Under the pieces are notes generated by a model, which was given only the letters and a program-made list of their open reading frames with translations, ran no database searches and was not told where the DNA came from. Below, in pieces: positions 27,291 through 37,800 of a stretch of DNA of 58,919 nt. Each line of letters starts with the position of its first letter. Positions within the stretch are counted from its first letter, which is position 1. Source of the DNA: Pseudolabrys sp. GTDB lineage: Bacteria; Pseudomonadota; Alphaproteobacteria; Rhizobiales; Xanthobacteraceae. The stretch lies in NCBI GenBank assembly GCA_035692045.1, contig DASSIJ010000277.1, positions 1-58,919 of the forward strand, in the 5' to 3' direction. The position numbers and the translations under genes are program-made.

Positions 27291-27321
27291 CTTTACCCGC
27301 CCCGGCAGGGGGAGGGTAAAG
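27291..27321. repeat. REP/RIME-like palindromic element
   Basis: CTTTACCCgccccggcagggggaGGGTAAAG, intergenic, resembles rhizobial CCCTCCCC...GGGGAGGG repeats. Confidence 0.45.
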
Positions 27322-27401
27322 CATAGACAGAGTGTCGCTTGAGTGTCGCATAGGTTTGTTACGTCCCGTCGCGGAAGAGCCAAAACGATTCGCGAGGGAT
27401 C

Positions 27402-28061
27402 ATGCAGCGCGACCCCGACCGCCAGGTGATGGAAAAAGCTTACGCCCGCTGGGCTCCCGTTTACGACGCGTTGTGCGGGCCGGTTTTCGTCAATGGAAGG
27501 CGCGCCGCCGCACGAGCGGCGCGGGAGGTGGGCGGACAGATTCTCGAAATTGGCGTCGGGACCGGCCTGTCATTCGGCGACTACGACGCGGCGACGGAAA
27601 TTACCGGCATCGACATCTCCGAACCCATGATTGCCCGGGCCCGTGAGCGGGTCAAAAGCGGCCGCTATCCATTCGTCAGGGAACTGACGGTGATGGACGC
27701 ACATGCGCTGGCCTTTCCCGACGCAACGTTTGACTGCGTGGTCGGCCAGTTCGTGATCACGTTGGTGGAGGACCCGGAACGCGTCCTGTCGGAATGTGCG
27801 CGAGTGCTGCGGCCGGGTGGTCAGATCATTCTTGTCAATCATCTTTACTCCGAACGAGGTTTAGCTGCCGCAGTCGAACGGTTGCTGGCGCAAAAGGCAC
27901 GCACGCTCGGCCTGCGGCCGGAATTTCCGTTTCAGCGCCTTGCGGCCTGGGCGCAAGCGCATGGCGGCGCCGAACTGATCGAGCGGCGCAAGGTCAGGCC
28001 ATTCGGCGTCTACACGCTGGTGCGTTTTCGGCGTGCCGAAACGCAAAGTGCCGCCGCGTGA
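27402..28061 (+). CDS. Phospholipid N-methyltransferase-like class I SAM methyltransferase (Rhodobacter PmtA type)
   Basis: AYARWAPVYD, ILEIGVGTGLS, VMDA, FVITLVEDPE, ILVNH motifs. Confidence 0.8.
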   Translation: MQRDPDRQVMEKAYARWAPVYDALCGPVFVNGRRAAARAAREVGGQILEIGVGTGLSFGDYDAATEITGIDISEPMIARARERVKSGRYPFVRELTVMDAHALAFPDATFDCVVGQFVITLVEDPERVLSECARVLRPGGQIILVNHLYSERGLAAAVERLLAQKARTLGLRPEFPFQRLAAWAQAHGGAELIERRKVRPFGVYTLVRFRRAETQSAAA

Positions 28062-28091
28062 ATCGCGAAGGTGTTAAAAGGGTAAACAGCG

Positions 28092-28109
28092 CTGTCATAA
28101 AACTGAAAA
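28092..28109 (+). promoter_or_regulatory. Putative Pho box
   Basis: CTGTCAT-AAAA-CTGAAAA vs consensus CTGTCAT-A(A/T)A(A/T)-CTGTCA(C/T); about 50 bp upstream of 28161. Confidence 0.6.
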
Positions 28110-28160
28110 GGCCGGCTGGTACATGTCACGCATGATTGGTACACCGGAGATCGCTATACC

Positions 28161-28961
28161 GTGACGGATAACGCCACGCGGCGGTTTCGCGCGCTGTTTA
28201 TCTCCGACGTCCATCTGGGAACACGCGGCTGCCAGGCCGACAAGTTGCTCGACTTCCTCCGCCGTCATGAAGCAGAAGCGATCTACCTCGTCGGCGATAT
28301 CGTCGACGGCTGGGCGTTGCGCTCGTCATGGTATTGGCCGCAGGCGCACAACGACGTTGTGCAGAAATTTCTGCGGCAGGCCCGCAAGGGCGCGCGCGTC
28401 ATTTACATTCCCGGCAATCACGACGAATTCCTGCGTGGCTACTACGGCACGCATTTCGGCGGCATCGAGGTCGTGGAGAATGCGATCCACGAAGGGCTCG
28501 ACGGGCGCCGGTATCTGGTCGTGCATGGCGATATATTCGATCTTGTGGTGACGCAGGCGCGTTGGCTCGCGCTCCTCGGTGACAAGGCCTACGAACTCGC
28601 CCTTGCCGCCAATCGTATCTTCAATGCTTTCCGTCGCGTGCTCGGTGCGCCGTATTGGTCGCTGTCAAAATGGGCGAAACTCAAGGTCAAGAACGCGGTG
28701 AATTATATCGGTGCCTTCGAGAAGGCGCTGGCAACCGAGGCCAGGCATCATCAGGCGGACGGCGTGATCTGCGGCCATATTCACACCGCTGCCATGCATG
28801 ACGAATACGGGCTGCGTTACATCAATTGCGGCGACTGGGTGGAAAGTTGCACCGCGGTCGCGGAAGGCCACGACGGCAGGTTTGAGATCGTCACCTGGAC
28901 GCACACAGGCCACGACAGCGGGCCCGCGATGACGCTGCCGCCGGCGGCCGAAGCAGCCTGA
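28161..28961 (+). CDS. plcP: LpxH-like metallophosphoesterase, probable phospholipase C PlcP
   Basis: FISDVHLG, GDIVDGW, GNHD, HGD, CGHIH, NCGDW motifs; Pho box upstream; GT4 gene 4 bp downstream. Confidence 0.75.
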   Translation: MTDNATRRFRALFISDVHLGTRGCQADKLLDFLRRHEAEAIYLVGDIVDGWALRSSWYWPQAHNDVVQKFLRQARKGARVIYIPGNHDEFLRGYYGTHFGGIEVVENAIHEGLDGRRYLVVHGDIFDLVVTQARWLALLGDKAYELALAANRIFNAFRRVLGAPYWSLSKWAKLKVKNAVNYIGAFEKALATEARHHQADGVICGHIHTAAMHDEYGLRYINCGDWVESCTAVAEGHDGRFEIVTWTHTGHDSGPAMTLPPAAEAA

Positions 28962-28965
28962 ACAT

Positions 28966-30027
28966 ATGAAAATTCTGATTGTCACTGACGCTTGGCACCC
29001 GCAGGTCAATGGCGTCGTGCGAACACTGGGCCATGTCGCGCGCGAGGCGCAGGCGATCGGTGTCGACGTTGAATTCCTCAACCCCGATCAATTCCGGACC
29101 CTCCCGATGCCGAGCTATCCGGAAATCCGGCTGGCGCTGGCCGGGACGGGCAATATTGAGCGGCGGCTTGAGCGCGTCCGGCCGGACGCAATTCATGTGG
29201 CAACGGAAGGCCCGCTCGGACATGCCATGCGTCGCGTCTGCCTGCGGCGGAGCTTGCCGTTTACCACCAGCCTTCACACACGATTTCCCGATTATCTCGC
29301 CGAGCGACTGCCGGTGCCGGAGCGGTGGACCACCGAGGTGACATGGGCCTGGCTTCGGCGTTTTCACGCGCCGGGCGCAGCGGTCCTGGCGGCGACGCCA
29401 ACGCTTGCTTCCGAACTGACGACGCGCGGCTTCAAGAATGTGAAACTGTGGCCGCGCGGCGTGGACGCCGGGCTGTTTCATCCGCGCGCAAGCGTCAATT
29501 TCAACTTGCCGCGGCCGATCTTTCTGACGGTTGGCCGGTTGGCGGTCGAAAAAAATCTCGAAGCGTTCCTCGCACTCGATCTGCCAGGCACCAAGCTGGT
29601 CGTTGGGGACGGACCGGCGCGGACCACGCTTGCGCGGAAATTTCCGGAGGCGGTGTTTATCGGATCGCGGCAGGGTGAGGCTCTGGCCGAGGCTTATGCG
29701 GCCGCAGACGTTTTTGTGTTTCCGAGCCGCACCGACACGTTCGGGCTCGTGCTTTTGGAGGCACTGGCGAGCGGCGTGCCGATTGCCGCGTTTCCCGCTG
29801 CGGCGCCGCGCGACGTGATTGGGCAAGCGCCGGTTGGCGTTCTCAATGATGATCTGCGCCGCGCATGTCTCGGTGCGCTGGAGTGCTCTCGCGAAGATTG
29901 TCGCGATTTCGCGCTCGGCATGACCTGGGCTGCCAGCGCTCGGATTTTCCTCGATCACGTGACGCAAGCGGTGAAGTCGGCACGCAACATCGCCGGGACG
30001 CAAAGCTTGCCGCCCATCCCGGCCTAG
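28966..30027 (+). CDS. GT4 glycosyltransferase, probable diacylglycerol glycosyltransferase (Agt-like)
   Basis: MKILIVTDAWHPQVNGVVRTL, HVATEGPLG, VGRLAVEKN, FPSRTDTFGLVLLEALASG. Confidence 0.88.
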   Translation: MKILIVTDAWHPQVNGVVRTLGHVAREAQAIGVDVEFLNPDQFRTLPMPSYPEIRLALAGTGNIERRLERVRPDAIHVATEGPLGHAMRRVCLRRSLPFTTSLHTRFPDYLAERLPVPERWTTEVTWAWLRRFHAPGAAVLAATPTLASELTTRGFKNVKLWPRGVDAGLFHPRASVNFNLPRPIFLTVGRLAVEKNLEAFLALDLPGTKLVVGDGPARTTLARKFPEAVFIGSRQGEALAEAYAAADVFVFPSRTDTFGLVLLEALASGVPIAAFPAAAPRDVIGQAPVGVLNDDLRRACLGALECSREDCRDFALGMTWAASARIFLDHVTQAVKSARNIAGTQSLPPIPA

Positions 30028-30084
30028 CAAAGGCGATACATCACAGGCGATGACATCGGGACCTCCCGGCGCTACGCTTTGCCC

Positions 30085-31077
30085 ATGGGTGCTATCGACA
30101 ATACCATTCTACCGACAGCCGCTGACATCGAGGCTGCGGCCAAACGGCTTGCCGGCGTCGCGGTCAGAACGCCGCTGATCAACGCGTCCGTGCTGGACGA
30201 TGCGATCGGCGCACGCGTCTTCCTGAAGGCGGAGACCCTGCAGCGCACCGGATCGTTCAAATTCCGCGGGGCCTATAACAAGATCGCCTCTATTCCCTCG
30301 GAGCGCCGCGCGGCCGGCGTGGTGGCCTATTCGAGCGGCAATCACGCGCAAGGCGTGGCGGCGGCTGCACGTCTGCTTGGCATGCGCGCGACCATCGTGA
30401 TGCCGGCCGATGCGCCTAAAGCCAAGCGCGACCGCACCCTCGCGCTCGGCGCTGAGGTCGTACCCTACGATCGCAATACCGAGGATCGCGCCGCCATCGC
30501 CAAGGCCATCATGACGGAACGAGGTGCGACACTTGTGCCACCCTACGACGATCCGCTGATTATTGCCGGGCAAGGCACCATTGGCGCCGAGATCGTCGAG
30601 GATCTGGCCAGGCTCTCGTTGACGCCCGAGGTGGTGGTCGTCGGCGCGTCCGGTGGGGGGCTTGCCGCCGGCATTTCGCTTGGCGTGAAGGCGAGGGTAC
30701 CGTCGGCGAAGCTCTATGTCGTGGAGCCGGAGGGTTTTGACGACACGCTACGCTCGTTTGCCAGTGGTAAACGCGAGGCCAATGCACGTATGAGCGGGAC
30801 CATTTGCGACGCGCTGATGAGCAATACGCCGGGCGAATTGACCTTTCCGATCACGCGCGAACTGATCGGGCAGGGGACGACGGTGACCGACGCCGAAGTC
30901 GCGCAGGCCGTGCGCTATGCCTTCCGCGAGCTGAAGTTGGTCGTTGAGCCGGGCGGCGCCATCGGTCTCGCGGCGCTGCTCGCCGGCAAGATCAATGTCA
31001 AAGGGAAAATCGTCGTCGGTATCCTGTCGGGCGGCAACGTGGATGCCGATATGTTCGATCGGCTGATCGCGGCGTGA
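30085..31077 (+). CDS. Threonine/serine dehydratase (PLP-dependent)
   Basis: KAETLQRTGSFKFRGA, SSGNHAQG, GQGT, GGGL, VEPGGA, SGGN. Confidence 0.92.
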   Translation: MGAIDNTILPTAADIEAAAKRLAGVAVRTPLINASVLDDAIGARVFLKAETLQRTGSFKFRGAYNKIASIPSERRAAGVVAYSSGNHAQGVAAAARLLGMRATIVMPADAPKAKRDRTLALGAEVVPYDRNTEDRAAIAKAIMTERGATLVPPYDDPLIIAGQGTIGAEIVEDLARLSLTPEVVVVGASGGGLAAGISLGVKARVPSAKLYVVEPEGFDDTLRSFASGKREANARMSGTICDALMSNTPGELTFPITRELIGQGTTVTDAEVAQAVRYAFRELKLVVEPGGAIGLAALLAGKINVKGKIVVGILSGGNVDADMFDRLIAA

Positions 31078-31088
31078 ACGCCGGCCAC

Positions 31089-31847
31089 TCACGTAAACAA
31101 CGCAAGCCGCTCCTCTTCGCTTAGCGCCTTGATTGACGCCAGCGGATCCGCCGGCGGCACAGCTTTCGCGGCGGGCATGGCCTCGGACGCCGTTGCAGCC
31201 GTCGGTCCACTCACAGGCGTGTCGATCGCCTCCGGTGCGGGATGAGGACGAGGCGCGGGCGATGGCTCAACGAATGCGACCTCCGCCATGATCGTCTCGC
31301 TGTGCACGAGCGAGATTGACGGGGGTTGCGGCGGAGCCGGCGAGGGGATTGGCAATTCCGGCTGCTCGGGCAGCGGCACCACCGTGAGATGTGCGCGCTC
31401 GGTATCTTCAACCGGCTCGGGCGGCGATTCAGGTGGCGGGGGCGGGGCCTCGATCACCGGGTTGACCTCCCGGCCCGGCGCCTCGAGCATGTTCGCGATA
31501 CGCCGTTCGACCAGCGTCATGAGCTCCGCAAGCTTTGCGGTTTTTGTTGCAAGGATCCGCGCGTCGAGCTCGCACTGTGCCATAACGATATCATCGTGCA
31601 GCGCACGCAATTCCTGCTTGATCGTTTCCGAGGTCTGCGGTGTCGCAGGGGTTGCCACCAAAGACTGCAACCGTCCGATTGCCGCCAGCAGCTGCTCGGT
31701 GTCGGCATTGCGATTGCGACGCGCGTACTCGGCGAGGAAAGCGCGTCCGCGCGCGCTCGCGGACAGCGCGTCGCAGAACTCCTGATAGTCGCCCTCGTCC
31801 GGCGCATTGGGCAATTGCTCGACCTGGGCGGTCGTTTCGGTCGGCAT
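31089..31847 (-). CDS. Hypothetical protein with rhizobial CheZ-like N-terminal module and Pro-rich tail
   Basis: DYQEFCDALSASARGRAFLAEYARRNRNADT N-terminus and DPLASIKALSEEERLALFT C-terminus. Confidence 0.7.
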   Translation of the reverse strand: MPTETTAQVEQLPNAPDEGDYQEFCDALSASARGRAFLAEYARRNRNADTEQLLAAIGRLQSLVATPATPQTSETIKQELRALHDDIVMAQCELDARILATKTAKLAELMTLVERRIANMLEAPGREVNPVIEAPPPPPESPPEPVEDTERAHLTVVPLPEQPELPIPSPAPPQPPSISLVHSETIMAEVAFVEPSPAPRPHPAPEAIDTPVSGPTAATASEAMPAAKAVPPADPLASIKALSEEERLALFT

Positions 31848-31978
31848 GTGCAATCCTTGCCGGTCCCGTTTATCAATCATGCGGCTTGATTCGGCCAGTC
31901 AAACTGCGCCCGGCAAATGGCCGCCGGCGCGCAAAAGCCCTGCACAGGGAAGGCGTTGCATGGAACCGAGGCGAGGCG

Positions 31979-33145
31979 ATGCAGCCTGAATCGCGGAAGC
32001 TGGACTTCGTTCCCCGCCTGGCGGCGTTCTATGCCGCCCTGTTCATCCTGCCCGGCATCGCGATGCCGTTCTTCCCAGTCTGGCTCAAGGCCAAGGATGT
32101 CGATGCCAAGCTCATTGGCATTCTCCTGGCCGTGCCAATGGTTGCCCGCATGCTGGCGATCCCGGTTATCACGCGCGAAGCCGACCGGCGCGATGCGGTA
32201 CGCACGGTTCTGCTCGTGGCGAGCCTTGCCACCGTCGCCGGTTATGCACTGGTCGGCCTGTCATCCGGCGTCATGGCGATCTTCGTCACCTATGCGCTGA
32301 CATCACTTTTCTGGACGCCGCTGATGCCGCTCGCCGAAACCTATGCGTTCAAGGGACTTATGGCGCGCAAGCGCGCCTATGGGCCGGTGCGGCTGTGGGG
32401 CTCATTCGCTTTCATCCTGGGTAATTTCGCAGCCGGCTTTGCCGCCGACGCCATTCCGGCGCGGCACCTGATCTGGCTGATGGTAGCGGCCAGCGCATTG
32501 GTCGCGTTGGCCGCATGGGCGCTCGCACCGCTTGCGACGAATGTGCCCGACGGAGCCGCGCACGCGGTGCCGCGTCAGAAGTTGCTGCGCGATCCTGCGT
32601 TTGTCGCAGTCCTCGCGGCCGCGAGCCTTATCCAGGCAAGCCACGCGGTGTTCTACGGCTTTTCGGCAGTGCAATGGCATGCCGCCGGTCTTGATGGCAC
32701 CTACATCGCCGCATTGTGGGCATTGGGGGTGGCCGCAGAGATCGTGTTGTTCGCCGTCCAGGCGCGGCTGCCGCCGTTCTTCACGCCGACGGTGCTGCTG
32801 ATGACGGGCGCTGCGGCCGGGACAGTGCGCTGGCTGGGTATGGCAATCGATCCGCCGACGCTTGTACTGCCGTGGCTACAATTGCTGCATGCATTGTCAT
32901 TCGGCGCGACCCATCTCGGCGCGCTGATGTTTCTCGCGCATCACACACCTGCGGGCCAGGCCGCAACGGCGCAGGGCTATCTTGCGATCGCCGCAGGCGC
33001 GGCGATGGCCGCCACCATGGGAATATCGGGCGTCCTGTTCGCAGACTTCGGCAGTCGCGCCTATGCGGCGATGGCCCTAGCGGCCCTCGCCGGAGGCGCT
33101 TGCGGACTGGTAGCGCACCGGCTGTGGCGCCAGCCGACGCGCTGA
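31979..33145 (+). CDS. MFS transporter (HcaT/PPP family)
   Basis: PFFPVWL, YGPVRLWGSFAF, LIQASHA, LLHALSFGATHLG; about 12 TM segments. Confidence 0.88.
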   Translation: MQPESRKLDFVPRLAAFYAALFILPGIAMPFFPVWLKAKDVDAKLIGILLAVPMVARMLAIPVITREADRRDAVRTVLLVASLATVAGYALVGLSSGVMAIFVTYALTSLFWTPLMPLAETYAFKGLMARKRAYGPVRLWGSFAFILGNFAAGFAADAIPARHLIWLMVAASALVALAAWALAPLATNVPDGAAHAVPRQKLLRDPAFVAVLAAASLIQASHAVFYGFSAVQWHAAGLDGTYIAALWALGVAAEIVLFAVQARLPPFFTPTVLLMTGAAAGTVRWLGMAIDPPTLVLPWLQLLHALSFGATHLGALMFLAHHTPAGQAATAQGYLAIAAGAAMAATMGISGVLFADFGSRAYAAMALAALAGGACGLVAHRLWRQPTR

Positions 33146-33598
33146 GCGCGTCTGATTGTGCGGATTGCGATCGCAACTGGGCACGATGCCGCTGAGTTCG
33201 TGGCCCTGCATGAAGATCATCTTGCGCGACAGGCCGCCGTGCTGATTGATCCAGCGCCGCACCGACGCTGGATAGATGCTCCAAAGCGCCTGCGTGCCAA
33301 GTGGACTGGTCACGGGCCGTCCGTCGCGATCCGGCATCCATGCCGCATGAAATCCGAGACGCGCGCGCTCCGTGGCGCAGATGCGTTCGCGCGGGACCAA
33401 ACCCAGCACCAGCGTGCAGGCTGACAGGCAATTTCCGTCAATGACGACGCTCTCGCCTGATGACCGCACCGATGCAAAGGCTTGCAGGTACTGTCCAATT
33501 TGGCCGCCGCGGTCCTCTGCGATTCGCATGGTCGCGGATGCCGATGTCACGGTAAGCGCCGCTATCGCGGCGCCATAAAACAGGCCCCGAATTCGCAT
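33077..33598 (-). CDS. Secreted hypothetical protein (ClpP/crotonase-like DxGG..IDGxCxSACT motif)
   Basis: Signal peptide; IAEDRGGQI, VVIDGNCLSACTLVL, LGFHAAW. Confidence 0.75.
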   Translation of the reverse strand: MRIRGLFYGAAIAALTVTSASATMRIAEDRGGQIGQYLQAFASVRSSGESVVIDGNCLSACTLVLGLVPRERICATERARLGFHAAWMPDRDGRPVTSPLGTQALWSIYPASVRRWINQHGGLSRKMIFMQGHELSGIVPSCDRNPHNQTRSARRLAPQPVRYQSASASGEGR

Positions 33599-33828
33599 AT
33601 CCCCGTCCCGTTATCGTCGCCCCTGTCGGAATCGACGGCGCGATCTTGGCCCAAGTCTAAGCCAAGCAGGCGGTCGACGGAAAGCATTGGTTTCAAAAAT
33701 TTTGCGCGCCACGGTGCGAGCCGGGGCACATTTCATGAACGAATTCAGGGCGTGTTGAATGGAACCGCGGCTTTTACCCTGTGGACAGTTGTTGCATCAG
33801 GACAGCCGGTCTGTGAGTTCCAGCGGTC

Positions 33829-34818
33829 TCACCCCCAAAGGGATGATGAGGGCGGATAGACAAGACTACCGGCGTAGCGCAGGCCGTCCGCGCGGTCTTT
33901 GCTGAGCAGAAGCGGTCCGTCGAGATCGACAAACCGGGCGGTTTGCGCGAGCAGCATCGCAGGCGCCATTGCCAGCGATGTGGCAACCATGCATCCGACC
34001 ATGATCGTGAAATTCTGCCGCTGCGCCTCGGCGGCGACGGCCAGCGCTTCGGTCAGGCCGCCTGCCTTGTCGAGCTTGATGTTGACCGCGTCGTATTTGC
34101 CGGCGAGCGCCGCAAGTGAAGAACGGTCATGGGCGCTCTCATCTGCGCAGACGGCAATGGGCCGCTGCATTTGCGCCAGCATCTGATCTTTTCCTTCGGG
34201 CAGCGGCTGTTCGATCAGGGCAACACCGGCTTTGGCGCAGGCCGCAAAATTGGCGGCGACGTTGGACTCGCTCCAGCCCTCGTTGGCATCGGCGATAAGC
34301 ATCGAATGTGGCGCAGCGGCGCGCACCGCGGCGATGCGTGCGGCATCTCCCTCGGCGCCAAGTTTGACCTTGAGCACGGTGCGGCTCGCGCATTTCTCTG
34401 CTGCTTTTGCCATGTCGGCCGGGGCGCCGAGAGAAATCGTGTAAGCGGTCGTGAGTGCGCGGGGAGCGAGAAGACCTGCAAGCTCATGCACGGGCCGCCC
34501 GGTGCGTTTTGCCTCCAGATCCCAGAACGCGCAGTCGATGGCATTGCGTGCGGCGCCTGGTGGCATTGCGGTTTGCAGCTCGCGACGGTCGAGACCGCTC
34601 TCAAGCTGCGGCCGCATGGCATTGATCTGTGCCGTGACGCTGGCGACGCTTTCACCGTAGCGGGCATAGGGAACGCACTCGCCACGTCCTCGGCTGACGC
34701 CGTCGCTTAATTCCGCAACCACCACGACGGCCTCGGTTTTTCTGCCGCGGCTGATCTCAAAAGAGCCTGCAATAGGCCAGTGTTCGGTGCCAATGGCGAG
34801 GGCGAGGGGCAAGCGCAC
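33829..34818 (-). CDS. Enolase-superfamily dipeptide epimerase / N-acetyl-D-Glu racemase (DgcA-like)
   Basis: GECVPYARYGE, ARNAIDCAFWDL, KVKLG, DANEGW, EQP, DES, NIKLDKAGGL, DLDGPLLL. Confidence 0.88.
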   Translation of the reverse strand: MRLPLALAIGTEHWPIAGSFEISRGRKTEAVVVVAELSDGVSRGRGECVPYARYGESVASVTAQINAMRPQLESGLDRRELQTAMPPGAARNAIDCAFWDLEAKRTGRPVHELAGLLAPRALTTAYTISLGAPADMAKAAEKCASRTVLKVKLGAEGDAARIAAVRAAAPHSMLIADANEGWSESNVAANFAACAKAGVALIEQPLPEGKDQMLAQMQRPIAVCADESAHDRSSLAALAGKYDAVNIKLDKAGGLTEALAVAAEAQRQNFTIMVGCMVATSLAMAPAMLLAQTARFVDLDGPLLLSKDRADGLRYAGSLVYPPSSSLWG

Positions 34819-34892
34819 TTAGGAAATCCAAGGGCTTGGCCGCGCGACGGCGCGGATACATTCGCCAGCGCTCCATCGGGCAGACCCCGCGA

Positions 34893-37800
34893 TCAGTCGA
34901 ACCGTCCTGCCGCGTGCGCGAGCATGGTGTAAACCTTGCCGGTTTCCGAGGTCAGATAGGTTCGCGCCACGACCTGGCCGCGATCGTCGCGAGAAACCTC
35001 GTCGAGCAAACGTTCGAACTCGCTGATGTAGCGGTCTACCGTCTGCTTGAATTCGCGATCCGCGCGATATTTCTTGCGGATGTCGTCGAAGGCCTGTTGA
35101 CCCTGCAAGGTATAGAGCCGACGGGTGAAGACGTTGCGTTCACCACGCTTGTAGCGGTCCCAGAGATCGGCGGCCGCATCGTGGTCAATCATCCGCGCGA
35201 TATCGACTGAAAGTGAATCCAGCGACTCGATCGTGTGCCGTGGCGGCCGTTCTTCGTTTCCGCGCGCAGGGGCTGGTTCGCGCGCGCTTTCACGTGCCGG
35301 CTCGCGCGGGAATTCGCGTTGTGGGTCGGTTTCCTCGCGCGATGCGCGGGTGAGGAGGTCGGAAAGCCAGCCGCGCCCTGGCGCGATCGGTGCTGCCGCG
35401 GGTGAAGGCGTTTCGCTGCCGCGGCGCGCCGCCGGAGCAAAGCCTCCGCCGGTCTCGCTGCGCTGGACGGGGCGCGGGGGACTATCGCCGCGAGGCGGCG
35501 TTTCACTGCGTGAAGGCATCTCGTTACGCGACGGAGCCTCATTGCGCGGTGGCACCTCGCTCCGCGGTGCCGGTTCGTTGCGGCCACCACCGATGACGGC
35601 AAGCGTCGGCTCCTCGCGCACGCGACGGACTGGCTCGACCGCGTCGAGATTCCGGCCATGACGGGCGACAATCCGGTTGAGTTCGGCCAATGCTTCGATC
35701 TGGTCGACGATCACCCGGCGCATTTGCGCGGCGCTTTCGGCCGTTTCCTGTGGCAGCTCGAAGACCCCTCTGCGGAGTTCGGCGCGCGTGGTTTCCAGCT
35801 CGCGGTGCATCTCCGCGGCCATCTGCTTCATGCCCTGGACGGCCTCTGCAAAGCGCTCGTTGGCGTTGTGGAACAGGGTGTGGGTATCGCCTGTGGTTTG
35901 CTCGTAGAGCTCCCGCATTGCTCCAGTCGCCCGGAGCCGTTCCTCCTCGGCATTTTCGCGCACGCGCTCATATTGCTCGCTGATTGCGCGCGTACCCTCG
36001 GCGCTCGCCTCGGAAACGAGCCGCGCGACTTCCCGTGCGCGGGATGATGCGGCCTCGAGTGACTCGTCGAGCAGTCCGGAGAACCGGCTCAAGCGTTTTT
36101 CGAGATCCTCAGTACGAATGTCGAGCGTCGCGACCAGCGAGTCGAGCTGCACACGGCGCTCATTGACGCTGTCCTCGGCGCGCTGGTTGCTGTGATCGAT
36201 GACTTCAACAGCCTTGGCTAGCTCTCGGCCATGAATGTCAAACTGGCGGGCCAGCTGGCTGAGGTCTGTGATGACCTGCGCGGTGATGTCACGGAAATTG
36301 GAAATGTTTGTTTCCACCCGCCCGGTCGCGGCGCCAGTCGAGGCCGTGATGTCGTTCATCGCGGTCACGAACTCAGACACACGCAACATCAATGTGTTTT
36401 CGAGAGCGCCCATGTTTTCATGCGAACCGCTGAGCACTTCCTGCAACAAGATATTGGCTTCGCGCAACCGCTCGAACAGGGCGGTGGTATCGGTGCGGAG
36501 CATCGTGTGCGTTTCCAGCATCTCCTTGACGCTTGACGTCGCGGTGTCTTTCGAATGCGCGATCGCCTTCTGCGTGACGTCATTGAGTTCGGTCAGCGTG
36601 CGGGTGACTGCGCTGGTGGCCGCTTCGCCCGCGCTATTGATCATGCGCGAGATCTCGGTGCTGTTGTCCATCATCGTGCGCGTAAAGGCGAAGCCTCTTT
36701 CTTCGATCGCCTTGACCGCTTGATCTGTCGCGCCGGTTACCTGGCGCGTGAACTGGTCGCTTTTCTGGGTGATGGCCGCCAGCACGCCGCCGCTCTTGTC
36801 GGACAGGACCGTGGTCATTTCATTGGTACGCCGGCTGACCGCCGTCGCGATTTCCTCGGCTTTGCCGACGAAGCTGCGGGCAACCTCTTCGCTGACGCCG
36901 ACAAGTGTGCGCTCGGCCTCGCCGGCGCTGTTGCGAATTGCCTCGGTGGTGGACAGCGCAAGCTGACCGAGCGATCGCTCGGCTTCCGCCGAGTTGACCT
37001 TGATCGCCTGGCTCAGTTGTTCCAGCCGCGCATTAAGTGCATCCGCGGCGGCTTTGCTGCGGGTCTCAATCTGGCTGGTGACGGTCTCAGCACGGCCGAC
37101 AAGGAGTTCCTCGAAGCGGCCGATACGGCTGTCGAGATTGTTGGCGACCTCAAGGGCGCGCGTCCCCAGCGTTTTGTCCATCTCGCCAATCTTGGCGCTG
37201 ATCGAATCCGCCACTTCGACGCCCCGCGAATTGATAGTACCGGCGACTTGGCCGATGCGGTGGTCGAGGGCTTCGACGACGTCCTTGCCACCTTCAGTGA
37301 GCGCCTTGGCGATGTCGGACACACGCGAGCCAAGCACCGTTTCGAAATGCGCAAGCCGCTCGTCAAGCGTACTGGAAATCTCGCCGGTGCGGCCGGTGAC
37401 ACGCTGGTCGAAGGTATCAAGGTAGCTGCGCAGCGCTTCGGCCACATCCTGCGTGCGCTGGCCAAGCCGCCCGACCAGCTCGCCCCCGTAGTTCTTCACC
37501 GTGTGATCGAACTCGGTGATGTGGCGGGTAATCAGGTTGCCGAGATTGCTGGCGTCTCGCGAGATTTTCTCGGTGAGCTCGGTGCCGCCCTGGTTGAACA
37601 TGCTTTCAAAGGCCTGCAGGCGGGCCGCCAACATGTCTTTGACCGTCTCGCTATTGCTGTTGAGCGCCGTAACGAGTGATTCCGCGCTTTGGCGGAACGT
37701 ATCTGCGACCGCGTCGCTGCGGTTCGTAATGGTGTCGGTGATGCGAGCGCCGGTTTGTTCCAGCTTTGAGACGACATCACCCCCGCGCAGGGAAAGGTCG

